Shown in pieces: positions 10,854 to 20,870 of a stretch of DNA of 64,000 bases. A model generated the notes under the pieces. It made no database searches and was not told where the DNA came from. It saw only the letters and a program-made list of their open reading frames with translations. The translations under genes were made by a program, and so were the position numbers. The DNA comes from Candidatus Cloacimonadales bacterium (GTDB taxonomy: Bacteria; Cloacimonadota; Cloacimonadia; Cloacimonadales; DAONDQ01), in the NCBI GenBank assembly GCA_963662275.1, contig OY759316.1:3744001-3808000 (forward strand), in the 5' to 3' direction. Within the stretch, counting starts at the first letter, position 1, and each line of letters starts with the position of its first letter.

Positions 10854-12344
10854 TTATTTCAACGGTGTGCCGACAACAATAGGTTGAACAGTACTCTGTT
10901 TATCGCCATTTGCTCTATCTATGAGTTCTACATGACAATAATATAGCCCGATAGGCACCATGTTCATCTCAGAATTGCGACCATCCCAATCGACTGAAGT
11001 CACACCACTACCAGAATTAATCACTTCATTGAAAAGCGTTATCACCAAACGACCCTGACTATCATATATTCTTAAAATCCCTTTCATTTTAGAGGCTGTT
11101 GTGGATTCATTTGTCTTTCCTCCAAAATCTATGCGTATCTTTTCCATCTTGGGATTGAAATGATTAAGTGAATATTTAGGATTGTAAGAAAAAGATGGAT
11201 TATAAATATTCATAAACGCCTGCTTTTTCGGAATCATAATACTTACTTTTCCAGCAGATAAATCTTCAATTGCTGTTGTATTGTATTTGAAGTTATACAA
11301 TTTAAGTGGAGAACTTCCAAACAATTTTGTTCTCGCTCTTAGTATTAAGAGAGTATCATCCGCAGCACAGGTCAATACATTCGTGGTTTCATAGGATACA
11401 TAGATTGTATCTGCGCTCAACACGCTATAGGTGATATGAAGAGAATCTGCGATTCCATTTTCGGAAAGAATTGTATTTTCAAAAGTAAATGAATCTTTCA
11501 GAATTTCCAACCGCTGAGGATCATATTCCAAAGCAAAAGAGAACTTCTTGAAGTTATAATCTGACCTCAGAAGTGATGTTACAATGGGAATATCAACAAT
11601 CGAGTTTGAAGTAGCCGATAAATTTTCTGAAATTGAAATTTGAGAGAAGCGAATCATATCTGAATAAGAACGTGGATTTATAGCATATTCATTATGACCA
11701 TAATCAACAACGCCTCTAATCTTATACCAGGTTTCGTTCATGAAAATGGGAGTAGATAAACCAGAAAAGGTAACAACTGATGAAAAACCGTCATCTATCT
11801 GACCAGAACCGCTTCCATCTGTTACTTTCCATTCATAGTAGGTGGCAGTAGGAGTGGCAGTTACTCTGACATTTTTAACCTGGACTAAAACACCTTCATA
11901 TGGTTCGATATTAGCAGCTTGGGTCAACATAAGAGTTGTGATATCAATGGGTCCGGGAATTGGATTTCCACGGCTTATCACTTCCACTGTTGTTACAGGA
12001 CCTAATTCAGTAAGCCCATTATATTCGGAGACAAGTCCTGTTACATTCACAATATCTCCAACTAAAATACTCGTATAATAAGTATTATCATAAACATATA
12101 AACCTGACCAAGGTCCTCCGCCAAGATCAGAAACATACCAACCATGACCGGTAGTACTTCCACTTCCACCAGAATATTCTTTTGCTATCACAACTACATT
12201 CGTAACTGTGACAGATTGCCCTGCAAGTGGTGATGGATAGGTACCTGTAACTGTCGTATACTGGATATCATGAACTGACACGGCAAGAAGTGATGCCGAT
12301 GCCAGAAGGAATAATACCAGAAGCAACCATAGATTTTTTTTCAT
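10854..12344 (-). CDS. Secreted protein with two OB-fold-like domains, a cohesin-like region and an atypical FlgD-like C-terminal domain
   Basis: Start reassigned to MKKNLW (SD ggagg); VGDIVNVTGLVSEYNGLTEL, YEGVLVQV..V; C-terminus IYDSQGRLV...WDGRN...GLYYC. Confidence 0.7.
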   Translation of the reverse strand: MKKNLWLLLVLFLLASASLLAVSVHDIQYTTVTGTYPSPLAGQSVTVTNVVVIAKEYSGGSGSTTGHGWYVSDLGGGPWSGLYVYDNTYYTSILVGDIVNVTGLVSEYNGLTELGPVTTVEVISRGNPIPGPIDITTLMLTQAANIEPYEGVLVQVKNVRVTATPTATYYEWKVTDGSGSGQIDDGFSSVVTFSGLSTPIFMNETWYKIRGVVDYGHNEYAINPRSYSDMIRFSQISISENLSATSNSIVDIPIVTSLLRSDYNFKKFSFALEYDPQRLEILKDSFTFENTILSENGIADSLHITYSVLSADTIYVSYETTNVLTCAADDTLLILRARTKLFGSSPLKLYNFKYNTTAIEDLSAGKVSIMIPKKQAFMNIYNPSFSYNPKYSLNHFNPKMEKIRIDFGGKTNESTTASKMKGILRIYDSQGRLVITLFNEVINSGSGVTSVDWDGRNSEMNMVPIGLYYCHVELIDRANGDKQSTVQPIVVGTPLK

Positions 12345-12355
12345 AAATAGCCTCC

Positions 12356-12847
12356 TCAGGCTTGCGGGATATTTTTTTTGTGTTCGAAAAATAAAATATA
12401 GATAGCTAATATGCACATCGCAATCACAATAGAACTATCAGCTACGTTAAAAATTGGCCAACGTTGCATGATTACATCAGGAAAGTCACAATCCAAAAAA
12501 TCAGTAACACTTCCTAAAAATATGCGATCAATAACATTGCCAAATGCTCCACCGATAACAAGTGAAAAACCAATATTTTGCCATGTGTTTCGGGAGAGAT
12601 TAAGAAGATATAAGATGAATCCTACAGCAATAAAGGTAATGAAAATAAAAAACAATCTGTTTACTGAAGGACTACCCAAACTTAAACTAAAAGCTGCACC
12701 TGTATTCTTAGTATAAGTTAACATTAAGAATTGCCCTAAGACAGGGATAGACTGACCTTCTGACATAAAATGCCTGATAGTTGCTTTAGATATCTGATCT
12801 AAAATAACAACAGCAAGTGAAAGCCAGAGCCATTTTACATTCTTCAT
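12356..12847 (-). CDS. lspA: Lipoprotein signal peptidase II
   Basis: DQISK, NTGAAFS, GGAFGNVIDR, VTDFLD, FNVAD. Confidence 0.97.
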   Translation of the reverse strand: MKNVKWLWLSLAVVILDQISKATIRHFMSEGQSIPVLGQFLMLTYTKNTGAAFSLSLGSPSVNRLFFIFITFIAVGFILYLLNLSRNTWQNIGFSLVIGGAFGNVIDRIFLGSVTDFLDCDFPDVIMQRWPIFNVADSSIVIAMCILAIYILFFEHKKNIPQA

Positions 12848-13245
12848 CTCGAATTTTTACTCTTTTTCTTTTCTTCTTTTTCCATACAGGAAATACAATA
12901 TCTTGCATAAGAGATTACTTTTAACCTTTCTTCGGGAATTGCTTTTCCACAAATCTCACAAATCCCATAATTGCCTTCGTAGAGACGCCTTAATGACTGG
13001 TTGAGCATTTTGACCTTCTCTTGTTCTTGCTCCAACATATAGACTTGGTTTTCCATGGAATTTGTATCGGAACCCTGGTCTGCCTGGTGAAACGCATATC
13101 CGGATAAATCACCAGCACTTTCCTTAGCTCCTCGACTTTGCATGTCGTTTATGCTTTTAATCATTTTCAGACTTTCGTCTCGTTCCTTGAGAATGATATC
13201 TTCAAAGAACTTTAGTTGTTTTTCACTTAATACTTTCTCAGCCAT
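12844..13245 (-). CDS. TraR/DksA C4 zinc-finger protein
   Basis: YGICEICGKAIPEERL...ARYCISC; coiled-coil tip HQADQGSD. Confidence 0.9.
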   Translation of the reverse strand: MAEKVLSEKQLKFFEDIILKERDESLKMIKSINDMQSRGAKESAGDLSGYAFHQADQGSDTNSMENQVYMLEQEQEKVKMLNQSLRRLYEGNYGICEICGKAIPEERLKVISYARYCISCMEKEEKKKSKNSR

Positions 13246-13395
13246 CTGTTATCCCTCTCATTCCGTTTTCTTAACGATCGGAAAGCTATGCAAAATCAAT
13301 GGGAGAACTCTCCCAAAGAGTCAAGTATAATTCCATTTTAAGTAAATTGCTGTCAATACAATTTCATAGCAAGTATCAAGGAAAAGTTTTGAAGC

Positions 13396-14208
13396 TTAGA
13401 TCTCCTGCAAAATCTGCATAATCAGAGACTGTAGATTCTTCTTTGCTTTCCCGGCATAAAGATTGATTTCTTCTTGAGAATGGGGTTCTGAATGGAATAT
13501 ATTACTCATATTGGTAGCAACGGAAATAGCTAAAACACGAATACCTGCTTGCCTGGCTGTGATTACTTCCGGTACTGTGGACATGCCCACCAAATCTGCA
13601 CCTAATAGGGCAAAAGCTTTGCATTCTGCTCTTGTTTCCATACTGGGACCGCTTACGGCAAGGTAAATTCCTGAAAACAGATTGAATCCTTGTTTTTTAG
13701 CGATCTCAAATGCCTTGACTCGTAATTCGTGATCATAAGGTTCATTAAGAGATGGAAATCTTTCTCCAAGTTCAGGATCATTAGTTCCAATCAACGGATT
13801 TGTGCCCATAAAATTGATATGATCTTCCAGGAGTACCAGTGAACCGGGCTGAAATTCTTCGTTCAGGCTACCCGCGGCATTTGTTACTATCATCGTTTTG
13901 ACACCCATAAGTTGGAATGCCCTGACGGTGATAATTACTTTTTCCATCGGATGTCCTTCATAAAAATGAAAACGACCTTGCATAACAGCTACTTTTGTCT
14001 TTCCAAGATTACCAATTACTAAATTACCAGCATGTGAGGGAGCTGTCGTCTTTGTGAAGCCCGGTATGTCACGGTAGGGAATGACCAGCGGATCACTGAC
14101 AAAATCGACCAGGTCATTCAAGCCAGTCCCCAAAATAATCCCGACTTCCGGTTTACAAGGTATGTGTTCATCCAAATACTGTTTCATGGCTATTAGTTGT
14201 TCATTCAT
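13396..14208 (-). CDS. Purine-nucleoside phosphorylase (trimeric type)
   Basis: IILGTGL, QGRFHFYEG, VTNAAG, VGMSTVPEV; start taken at MNEQ. Confidence 0.93.
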   Translation of the reverse strand: MNEQLIAMKQYLDEHIPCKPEVGIILGTGLNDLVDFVSDPLVIPYRDIPGFTKTTAPSHAGNLVIGNLGKTKVAVMQGRFHFYEGHPMEKVIITVRAFQLMGVKTMIVTNAAGSLNEEFQPGSLVLLEDHINFMGTNPLIGTNDPELGERFPSLNEPYDHELRVKAFEIAKKQGFNLFSGIYLAVSGPSMETRAECKAFALLGADLVGMSTVPEVITARQAGIRVLAISVATNMSNIFHSEPHSQEEINLYAGKAKKNLQSLIMQILQEI

Positions 14209-14767
14209 TATTACCTTCAATTTTTGGAACAACATCTTCCTTGATCATTTGAAATTCTTTATCAAGTCGTTGTTCCTGGTCTTTTATTAGTAGTGGATCT
14301 TTGTTGATCCTTTCCATAAATGTTTGTAATTCTATCCGGAACTGCATCAGGAATTGCCGTTTTTGCTCTTTCATGCTCATATATTGGTGTTCGAGTACAC
14401 TCAGATATTGGCGTGCTTCCTGGATGGTCTTTTTCGCTTTTAATTCTGCTTCATGGATAATATTTTCCCCTTCCTGTCTGGCATTAGCAATGATATCTGC
14501 CTTTGTTTTCTCTGCCAGGACGAGTGTACGAGTAATCAGTTCTTCCCTTCGTTTCAAATCAGATATGGCTGAATTGGCACTCCTTGCTTCTTCTTCTGCA
14601 GAATGATGCTGACGTATTGACTCATCAGCCTTACGTTCCCATTGGAGTTTAAATTCCTCCATCTCATCAGCGATCTGCTCCAGAAATGCCATAACATCAT
14701 TTTTATTAAAACCTGAAAAAGAAGTACGAAATTCTTTGTGTCTAATATCTACAGGATTGATTGCCAT
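14201..14767 (-). CDS. divIVA: DivIVA domain protein
   Basis: INPVDIRHKEF..SFSGFNKNDVMAFLE followed by coiled coil. Confidence 0.85.
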   Translation of the reverse strand: MAINPVDIRHKEFRTSFSGFNKNDVMAFLEQIADEMEEFKLQWERKADESIRQHHSAEEEARSANSAISDLKRREELITRTLVLAEKTKADIIANARQEGENIIHEAELKAKKTIQEARQYLSVLEHQYMSMKEQKRQFLMQFRIELQTFMERINKDPLLIKDQEQRLDKEFQMIKEDVVPKIEGNNE

Positions 14768-14786
14768 TGATAACTCCCGTTCGTAT

Positions 14787-15026
14787 TTATCTTACTAATA
14801 GTATTTTAATGCCTTCAATGACCAGGATCACAATCATCGGCGAAAAATCTATCCCCGACATGGGAATGATGCGTCGGATAGGATTCATGACCGGATCAGT
14901 AATGTCTGATAAGAAACGAATAATGTGATTATTTGGATCTGGATTGAACCATGACAAGACAGCTCTGATTACGATCAGAATTTCATAAACATTCAGAATG
15001 GCAATCAGGAGTCTCAATAGATTCAT
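14787..15026 (-). CDS. yggT: YggT family membrane protein
   Basis: LSWF.P...[18 protein letters not shown]. Confidence 0.9.
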   Translation of the reverse strand: MNLLRLLIAILNVYEILIVIRAVLSWFNPDPNNHIIRFLSDITDPVMNPIRRIIPMSGIDFSPMIVILVIEGIKILLVR

Positions 15027-15586
15027 GAATCCAATACCTCATGACAATTCCGACAGCGAGCTTCATAAATATCACTTGCTCCAACCAGGATCGTATCGCC
15101 ATCTTTTACCAAACGTTGGGTTCGATTCGCAGGATTTCCACATTTCATACAAATTGCCAGATTTTTTGTGATATATTCTGCTATCGCCAATAATTGAGGC
15201 ATTGGTCCAAATGGCTTTCCTGTAAAATCCTGGTCAAGTCCGGCAACGATGACTCTCTTTCCCATATCCGCTATGCGTTCACACACATCGATTATTCCAT
15301 CATCTAAAAACTGGGCTTCATCTATGGCAACGACTTTGGTCTTGGGCTTCAGTCGTTCCAGTATTTCAGCGGAATTACTAATGATTTCCGAAGGTGCTTT
15401 CATCATGGAATGAGATACAATGTTCATTTGATCGTATCGATTATCAATCGCTGGTTTAAAAACTTGTACTTTTTGCTTCGCATATTCAGCCCTGCGAATT
15501 CGACGAATTAATTCTTCCGTCTTACCGCTGAACATACTACCACAAATGACTTCTATCCATCCGGTTTGATGTACAGTTATATTCAT
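15023..15586 (-). CDS. tdk: Thymidine kinase
   Basis: [35 protein letters not shown]. Confidence 0.97.
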   Translation of the reverse strand: MNITVHQTGWIEVICGSMFSGKTEELIRRIRRAEYAKQKVQVFKPAIDNRYDQMNIVSHSMMKAPSEIISNSAEILERLKPKTKVVAIDEAQFLDDGIIDVCERIADMGKRVIVAGLDQDFTGKPFGPMPQLLAIAEYITKNLAICMKCGNPANRTQRLVKDGDTILVGASDIYEARCRNCHEVLDS

Positions 15587-15908
15587 AAGCCTTTTTCTCC
15601 CTCGACATTAAAATTAGGACTTCCCAAAAGTGTCAATTAAATTGTCCTGTACAATTAGCAAGCGTGAAATGTTAGAAATTTGCAGTTAGAAATATAGGTG
15701 GTGATATAGCATCATTAATCTTGTCTTATAAAATAGTTTTTCTTTTCTTTTTTCGATGTTTTGAACATGGTGTCTATTATTCCAGGATCAGCACCAACTA
15801 AAGTCGGCGTTTCAGAATTCTATTCAGAATATTAAAAAATAAAATAATACTTGACGCACATAAATTTAGTTCTCCCTATTGCCACATACTCTAAAGGAGG
15901 TCTTCACT

Positions 15909-17147
15909 ATGCGACGATATTTATTTATTCTCATTTTTCTCTTCATCACTGTAGCAGCTATGGCAATTGATTCATTTTCCAAACCTGTTGATATGCATAC
16001 TTTAAATGGACCTATGATGAATAATCCAGGACGTGGATGGAGGTTAAGTCAAGAACTTCAGGAAAACTTTAATGATGAAACATGGAGTTATGATAACAAA
16101 AGCGAATGCTATTATAATTCAGCTCATCCAACGGCAATAGACAGTACAGTGACGTTCAACTACTATTCAGGTACATGGAATCATTATGAAACTGATATCT
16201 ATGTTTATGATCCTACATTTGAATATTTAAATGCATTAATTATTGATAATAATTTTACCAATGCAATCTACGAATACAATGATCAGCATTATTTGACAGA
16301 AAAACTGGTGTGGGCATATAGAAATCATTATCAATATATCAATAATAGATTGTCTGCCATCTATTCATGGCAATGGAGTCCTAGTAATCCTTCGTATCAC
16401 AAAGAAATACCTGATTTTGATACATCTGGTAGAATTATAAGTTCGACTAATCAGGTATCCCCTGATTCTACAAATTGGGTTAATTTTGAACATGTTGATA
16501 GAAGCTTTCATAGTCATGACACAACTACCGGTGACATCTTCAATACTAATTTTGCACATCAATATCCGCTTGGGGGCTTTTTCAACTCTAACCCTTACGG
16601 AATGGTTTCGCAAGAAATCTATAAAAGTTGGTCTAATGGTGAATGGATAAATGACAGAAGATACGATTATTCCTATGATGCTTCTGATAAACGAACATTC
16701 TATATTAAAATGATATGGAATGATACTTCATGGGAAAATGAACAACAGATAATATCAAGCTATGATATCAACGGCAATATTTCAGTAAGACTTGGTCTAT
16801 GGTGGAATCCTGACTCTTTATCATGGGAAAATAGTTACAGGGTAACATATACTTGGGAACAAACAACAGCCAATGATGATCAAACTACACCCGTTGTTAA
16901 GGGACTATCCTTATCAGCCTATCCCAATCCTTTCCAATCCCATGTGGATATCCAAGTGAATACCAAATCAAATCAACCAATCCAAATTGAAGTATTCAAC
17001 ATCAAAGGACAATCAGTATATCATGCAAAGGCAATGCCAAACACACAAATCACTATGGATGGAAAGTCGCTTAGTTCAGGAATCTATTTCGTGAAGGCAA
17101 AGCAGGGAAATGAGACCAGTGTACGGAAGGTGCTGAAGCTGAAATGA
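15909..17147 (+). CDS. Secreted Trp/Tyr-rich repeat protein with T9SS type A-like C-terminal domain
   Basis: Start MRRYLFIL after SD aaggagg; 'Y.YD..G/D...W....W.N' repeats; TANDD linker, AYPNPF...SGIYFVK...KVLKLK. Confidence 0.75.
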   Translation: MRRYLFILIFLFITVAAMAIDSFSKPVDMHTLNGPMMNNPGRGWRLSQELQENFNDETWSYDNKSECYYNSAHPTAIDSTVTFNYYSGTWNHYETDIYVYDPTFEYLNALIIDNNFTNAIYEYNDQHYLTEKLVWAYRNHYQYINNRLSAIYSWQWSPSNPSYHKEIPDFDTSGRIISSTNQVSPDSTNWVNFEHVDRSFHSHDTTTGDIFNTNFAHQYPLGGFFNSNPYGMVSQEIYKSWSNGEWINDRRYDYSYDASDKRTFYIKMIWNDTSWENEQQIISSYDINGNISVRLGLWWNPDSLSWENSYRVTYTWEQTTANDDQTTPVVKGLSLSAYPNPFQSHVDIQVNTKSNQPIQIEVFNIKGQSVYHAKAMPNTQITMDGKSLSSGIYFVKAKQGNETSVRKVLKLK

Positions 17148-17200
17148 CACGTTTTACCCTGATTGATAGATAACCCAAGATCACCAGCAAGGAGGTTTGT

Positions 17201-17653
17201 ATGTTCAGAGTTATATTCCTCGTTTTATTAATTATCATTCCGTTTCAGTTGTATTGTGATGTCATGTATGTCCATCTCACAAATGGAACTACTGCGGAGT
17301 TCCAGGTTCAGGATATTCAGCAGATCAATTTCAGTAATGTCTCCAATAATGATTGGGTTGCGTTCCTGCCTAAAGTTCCCATTAAGTTTTTAACCAATTA
17401 TCCTAATCCGTTTAATCCCTCAACAATCATCAAGTTTGAATTGTCAGAACCGTATCAGACAGAGGTTTCGATCTACAATATCAGAGGTCAACTGGTGAAG
17501 GTTCTGGCAAAAGACTATATGACTAAAGGTATTCACGAGTTGACCTGGAACGGCTTGAATGAAACCGGTAATACCTGTGCCTCGGGTCCTTATATTTATA
17601 AGGTCAAGTGCAATGACCAAATCAAAGTCAATAAAATGCTGATGTTAAAATAG
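17201..17653 (+). CDS. Small secreted protein: short N-terminal beta module plus FlgD-Ig/T9SS-like sorting domain
   Basis: Signal peptide; NYPNPFNPST...WNG.N..G...KMLMLK. Confidence 0.8.
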   Translation: MFRVIFLVLLIIIPFQLYCDVMYVHLTNGTTAEFQVQDIQQINFSNVSNNDWVAFLPKVPIKFLTNYPNPFNPSTIIKFELSEPYQTEVSIYNIRGQLVKVLAKDYMTKGIHELTWNGLNETGNTCASGPYIYKVKCNDQIKVNKMLMLK

Positions 17654-17662
17654 GAGCATACG

Positions 17663-18553
17663 ATGTACAAAATATTATTGATTAGTTGCCTTATCCTTTT
17701 AACTTCTTTTCTTTTTGCGCAGACTCAGATGAATGTGCATACTACAAACGGTATGACCACTTTCAATCTGAATGAAATCACGGATATCACTTTCAGTCAG
17801 GGAACAACTCCTGACCAGATGGTACTTGTACAGGGCGGTACTTTCAATAATGGCACATCTGATGTAACGGTATCATCCTTTTACATAGATAAGTATGAAC
17901 TTACACAGTCTGCCTATCAGACAGTGATGGGAGTGAATCCATCCTATTTCTCTGGTGTAACAAATGGTCCGGTGGAATATGTATCCTGGTTTGATGCGAT
18001 AGAGTACTGCAACAAACGCAGTATAAATGAAGGTCTGACACCCTGCTACAGTTACAGCACTTATGGGACGAATCCCGCGACCTGGCCAACGGGCTGGAAC
18101 ACAGACTACCAGAATCATACTAATGTTTTCTGCAGTTGGACAGCGAGTGGCTATCGCCTGCCCACGGAAGCGGAATGGGAATTTGCCGCGCGTGGAGGTA
18201 ATTCCACACATGGTTATACCTATAGCGGTAGTAATACGCTAGGTGATGTCGCTTGGTACTCTTCGAACTCCGGCAGTACAACTCATGCAGTTGGAACCAA
18301 GACAGCCAATGAACTGGGTTTATTTGATATGTCAGGCAACGTCTGGGAGTGGAATTGGGACATCTATGGCTCTTACCCGGTTAGTGCACAGACCAACCCG
18401 CATGGTGCTTTCAGCGGGAGTTTCCGTGTGTACCGTGGCGGTTGCTGGGACTACAATGCCACCTTCTGCACCGTTTCCAATCGGTACAGCGACTTCTATG
18501 CGACTATCAGAGCCGTCAACATAGGCTTTCGCTTGTGTAGGACTTCCCCTTGA
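17663..18553 (+). CDS. FGE-sulfatase (SUMF1/CLec-fold) domain protein, candidate DGR target
   Basis: YRLPTEAEWEFAARGG, NELGLFDMSGNVWEW, RVYRGG.W...NIGFRL. Confidence 0.9.
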   Translation: MYKILLISCLILLTSFLFAQTQMNVHTTNGMTTFNLNEITDITFSQGTTPDQMVLVQGGTFNNGTSDVTVSSFYIDKYELTQSAYQTVMGVNPSYFSGVTNGPVEYVSWFDAIEYCNKRSINEGLTPCYSYSTYGTNPATWPTGWNTDYQNHTNVFCSWTASGYRLPTEAEWEFAARGGNSTHGYTYSGSNTLGDVAWYSSNSGSTTHAVGTKTANELGLFDMSGNVWEWNWDIYGSYPVSAQTNPHGAFSGSFRVYRGGCWDYNATFCTVSNRYSDFYATIRAVNIGFRLCRTSP

Positions 18554-18749
18554 TTTTTGTATTTTATCCTTTTGCAAAATGCTCGTAACATAGTTTGGCA
18601 AACTGTTGTATTCGACAATGGTATTGTCGAATTCTGCCAAGATCGTGTATTGTCAATCTACTCTAATAATAGGTTTTTCTTGACGCAATTTCTATATTAA
18701 AAATATTATATTATTAAAACTAAATAATTAAATGATTATATGAGGACTT

Positions 18750-19555
18750 ATGGAAATTAAAGAAGTACATAGTACGTCATAGTTTTTGACAAACATTGAA
18801 ACGTTTTCTTAAGAATCATCTAATCCACTATGGTTCAAGGAATAGGTAATGTTCAAAAATATGAATTGATTCCTTCTTTGTATCGAAGAAAAGATATCTC
18901 AGATATTGATGAGTTTATTAAAATTGATATGGGAATTACAGAAGATTTAGAGTTGAAGGGCGTTGCATATAATAGCGAAATATCAACTAATACATATTTT
19001 CATAATTTGTTCATTCTACAACATTATGGGTGCCCAACAAGGTTGTTAGATTGGACAGAGAATCCATTTGTTGCTCTTTTTTTTACCTTAGAATCAGCAT
19101 TAAGATATAATGTAGCTCCAAAAGAAAATGCTTGTGTATGGGTTTTGGATCCTATTAATTGGAATAACATGGTTCATTCAGGATATTCAACAAACCCTCC
19201 TAACAAAATCCTATCCCACAAAGACGATCAAGTGAAAGCATATGATATTAATGAATTGAGGAAATCTGACCGAAAATATCCTATTGCGATTTCGGGTACT
19301 CATAATAGTAGAAGAATTGTTGCCCAAAAAGGGACATTTGTTATTTTTGGGAAAAATACTAAAAGTATGGACAAAGTTCTATTAGATTTCCCCCATGCTA
19401 ACACATCAATATTAAGAAAACTGGTACTTCCCAAAAAATTATTATCCGAAATTTTCAGAGATTTGCAAAGATACGGAATAACTGATTCTGTTTTATTCCC
19501 AGAGCTTGACGGACTTTGTAAAGAGTTGAGTCGAAAATATGGATATAGGAGTTAG
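18750..19555 (+). pseudogene. FRG-domain protein, disrupted at 5' end
   Basis: ATG at 18750 after SD gagga, then in-frame TAG and TAA, then a frameshift inside the W-F-R-G motif (tggttcaaggaata); downstream LQHYGCPTRLLDWTENPFVALFF and RIVAQKGTF are intact. Confidence 0.75.
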
Positions 19556-19556
19556 T

Positions 19557-20630
19557 ATGTTTGAAGTTACATCATTTGATGCAAAAAGCCTAAGTTGGTG
19601 GTATTATAACCGAGATAAAATTGATATGGAACCAATTTATCAACGTAAAGGCAATATTTGGAATGATCACTCACGTGCTTTTTTAATTGACTCAATCCTT
19701 AATAGCTTTGATATTCCGAAATTGTATATTGCTGATTTTGTTCTACAGAATTCTTCATTAAATTATAGGAATAATACTATGCTATTATTGATGATAAACA
19801 AAGACTAGATGCTATTTTTGGCTTTTTTGAAGATAAATATTCTCTTTCTGATGATTTTGTTTATTATGATAATCCCAGTATTTGTCTGGGAAATATGTTT
19901 TATTCAGATTTAAAAAAAACACTATGACATTGCTTTAAAGTTTGAGAATTTTAATTTATCAGTTATGCGAGTGAGAACTGATAATGAAAGTATGATTAAT
20001 GAGTTATTTATTAGATTAAATCGAGGAAAGGCATTAAGTGGGGCTGAGATAAGAAGTGCTATGAGTGGGGTAATTCCACTATTTATTAAGGAAATATCAT
20101 CTACTGTTTTTTTTCAACAAAAAATCAGATTTAATGTGCAAAGAAAACAAGACGAGAATACAGCTGCAAAATTATTGTTGATAGAATTTAGAGGTAGTTT
20201 TGTAGATACAAAGAAAAGAATGCTTGATTTGTTTGTGGAAGAGGCAATTACTTCAGAAAGTGAGAATTTTGAAAGTGCAAAAGAAAGAGTGATTGCTAAT
20301 CTTTTACTGATGGAACAGCAATTTTCTGATAGAGATATGTTACTCAGATCAGCAAGTTTAATTCCTATTTTCTATTGGTTTTTTCGTAACCATCATAGTA
20401 ATCAAGTGAATTATCATGACTTTATACAATGGTTTGTAAATACAAACAATGTTATGAAAAAATCAAATTATTCTTATGAAGCATTTGTAGCAAGGGAGAA
20501 GGTAGAATCTTTTTATAACTTTAATTTGAGTATCAAAAATGCTAATGATCGTGATAGCTTACAGCAATGCTATTTTATTCTAGAATCTCTTTATGATTAC
20601 TGGTATCAAGTGGTAAATGATTTTATATAG
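19557..20630 (+). pseudogene. DUF262 (GmrSD N-terminal/ParB-like) protein, frameshifted twice
   Basis: PIYQR..W....LIDSIL...IP, frameshift at ~19775 into YAIIDDKQRL (usually DGxQR), second frameshift at the A-run ~19912-19919 back to the frame with LFIRLNRGKAL. Confidence 0.8.
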
Positions 20631-20870
20631 TATTTGTGATTAGGTTTGTTATTTAATTATTACTATCTTAATCAAGCTATCTTAGAAAAGTGATTCAAAT
20701 TAGACCAAAATTGCTATCTAGATTTTGTTATTAAAAAGAAGTTCTTTAAGATTAACACCGATAATAAAAATGCTATTTCAAACACACCTTAAATTACGAA
20801 GTCGATAAAACAAGCGGATAATCTTGATAAGAGACTTGCAGATTTCATCCTTGAACTCCTTGTCTTATCC

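Noticed and set aside
17663..18700. Complete DGR locus
   Set aside because: No reverse transcriptase, avd or AAC-rich template repeat was seen in the window; only a target-like gene is supported.
18750..18830. Stop-codon recoding (TAG/TAA read-through) in the FRG gene
   Set aside because: Core genes here end normally in TAA/TAG/TGA, and the same gene also has a frameshift; decay is the simpler explanation.
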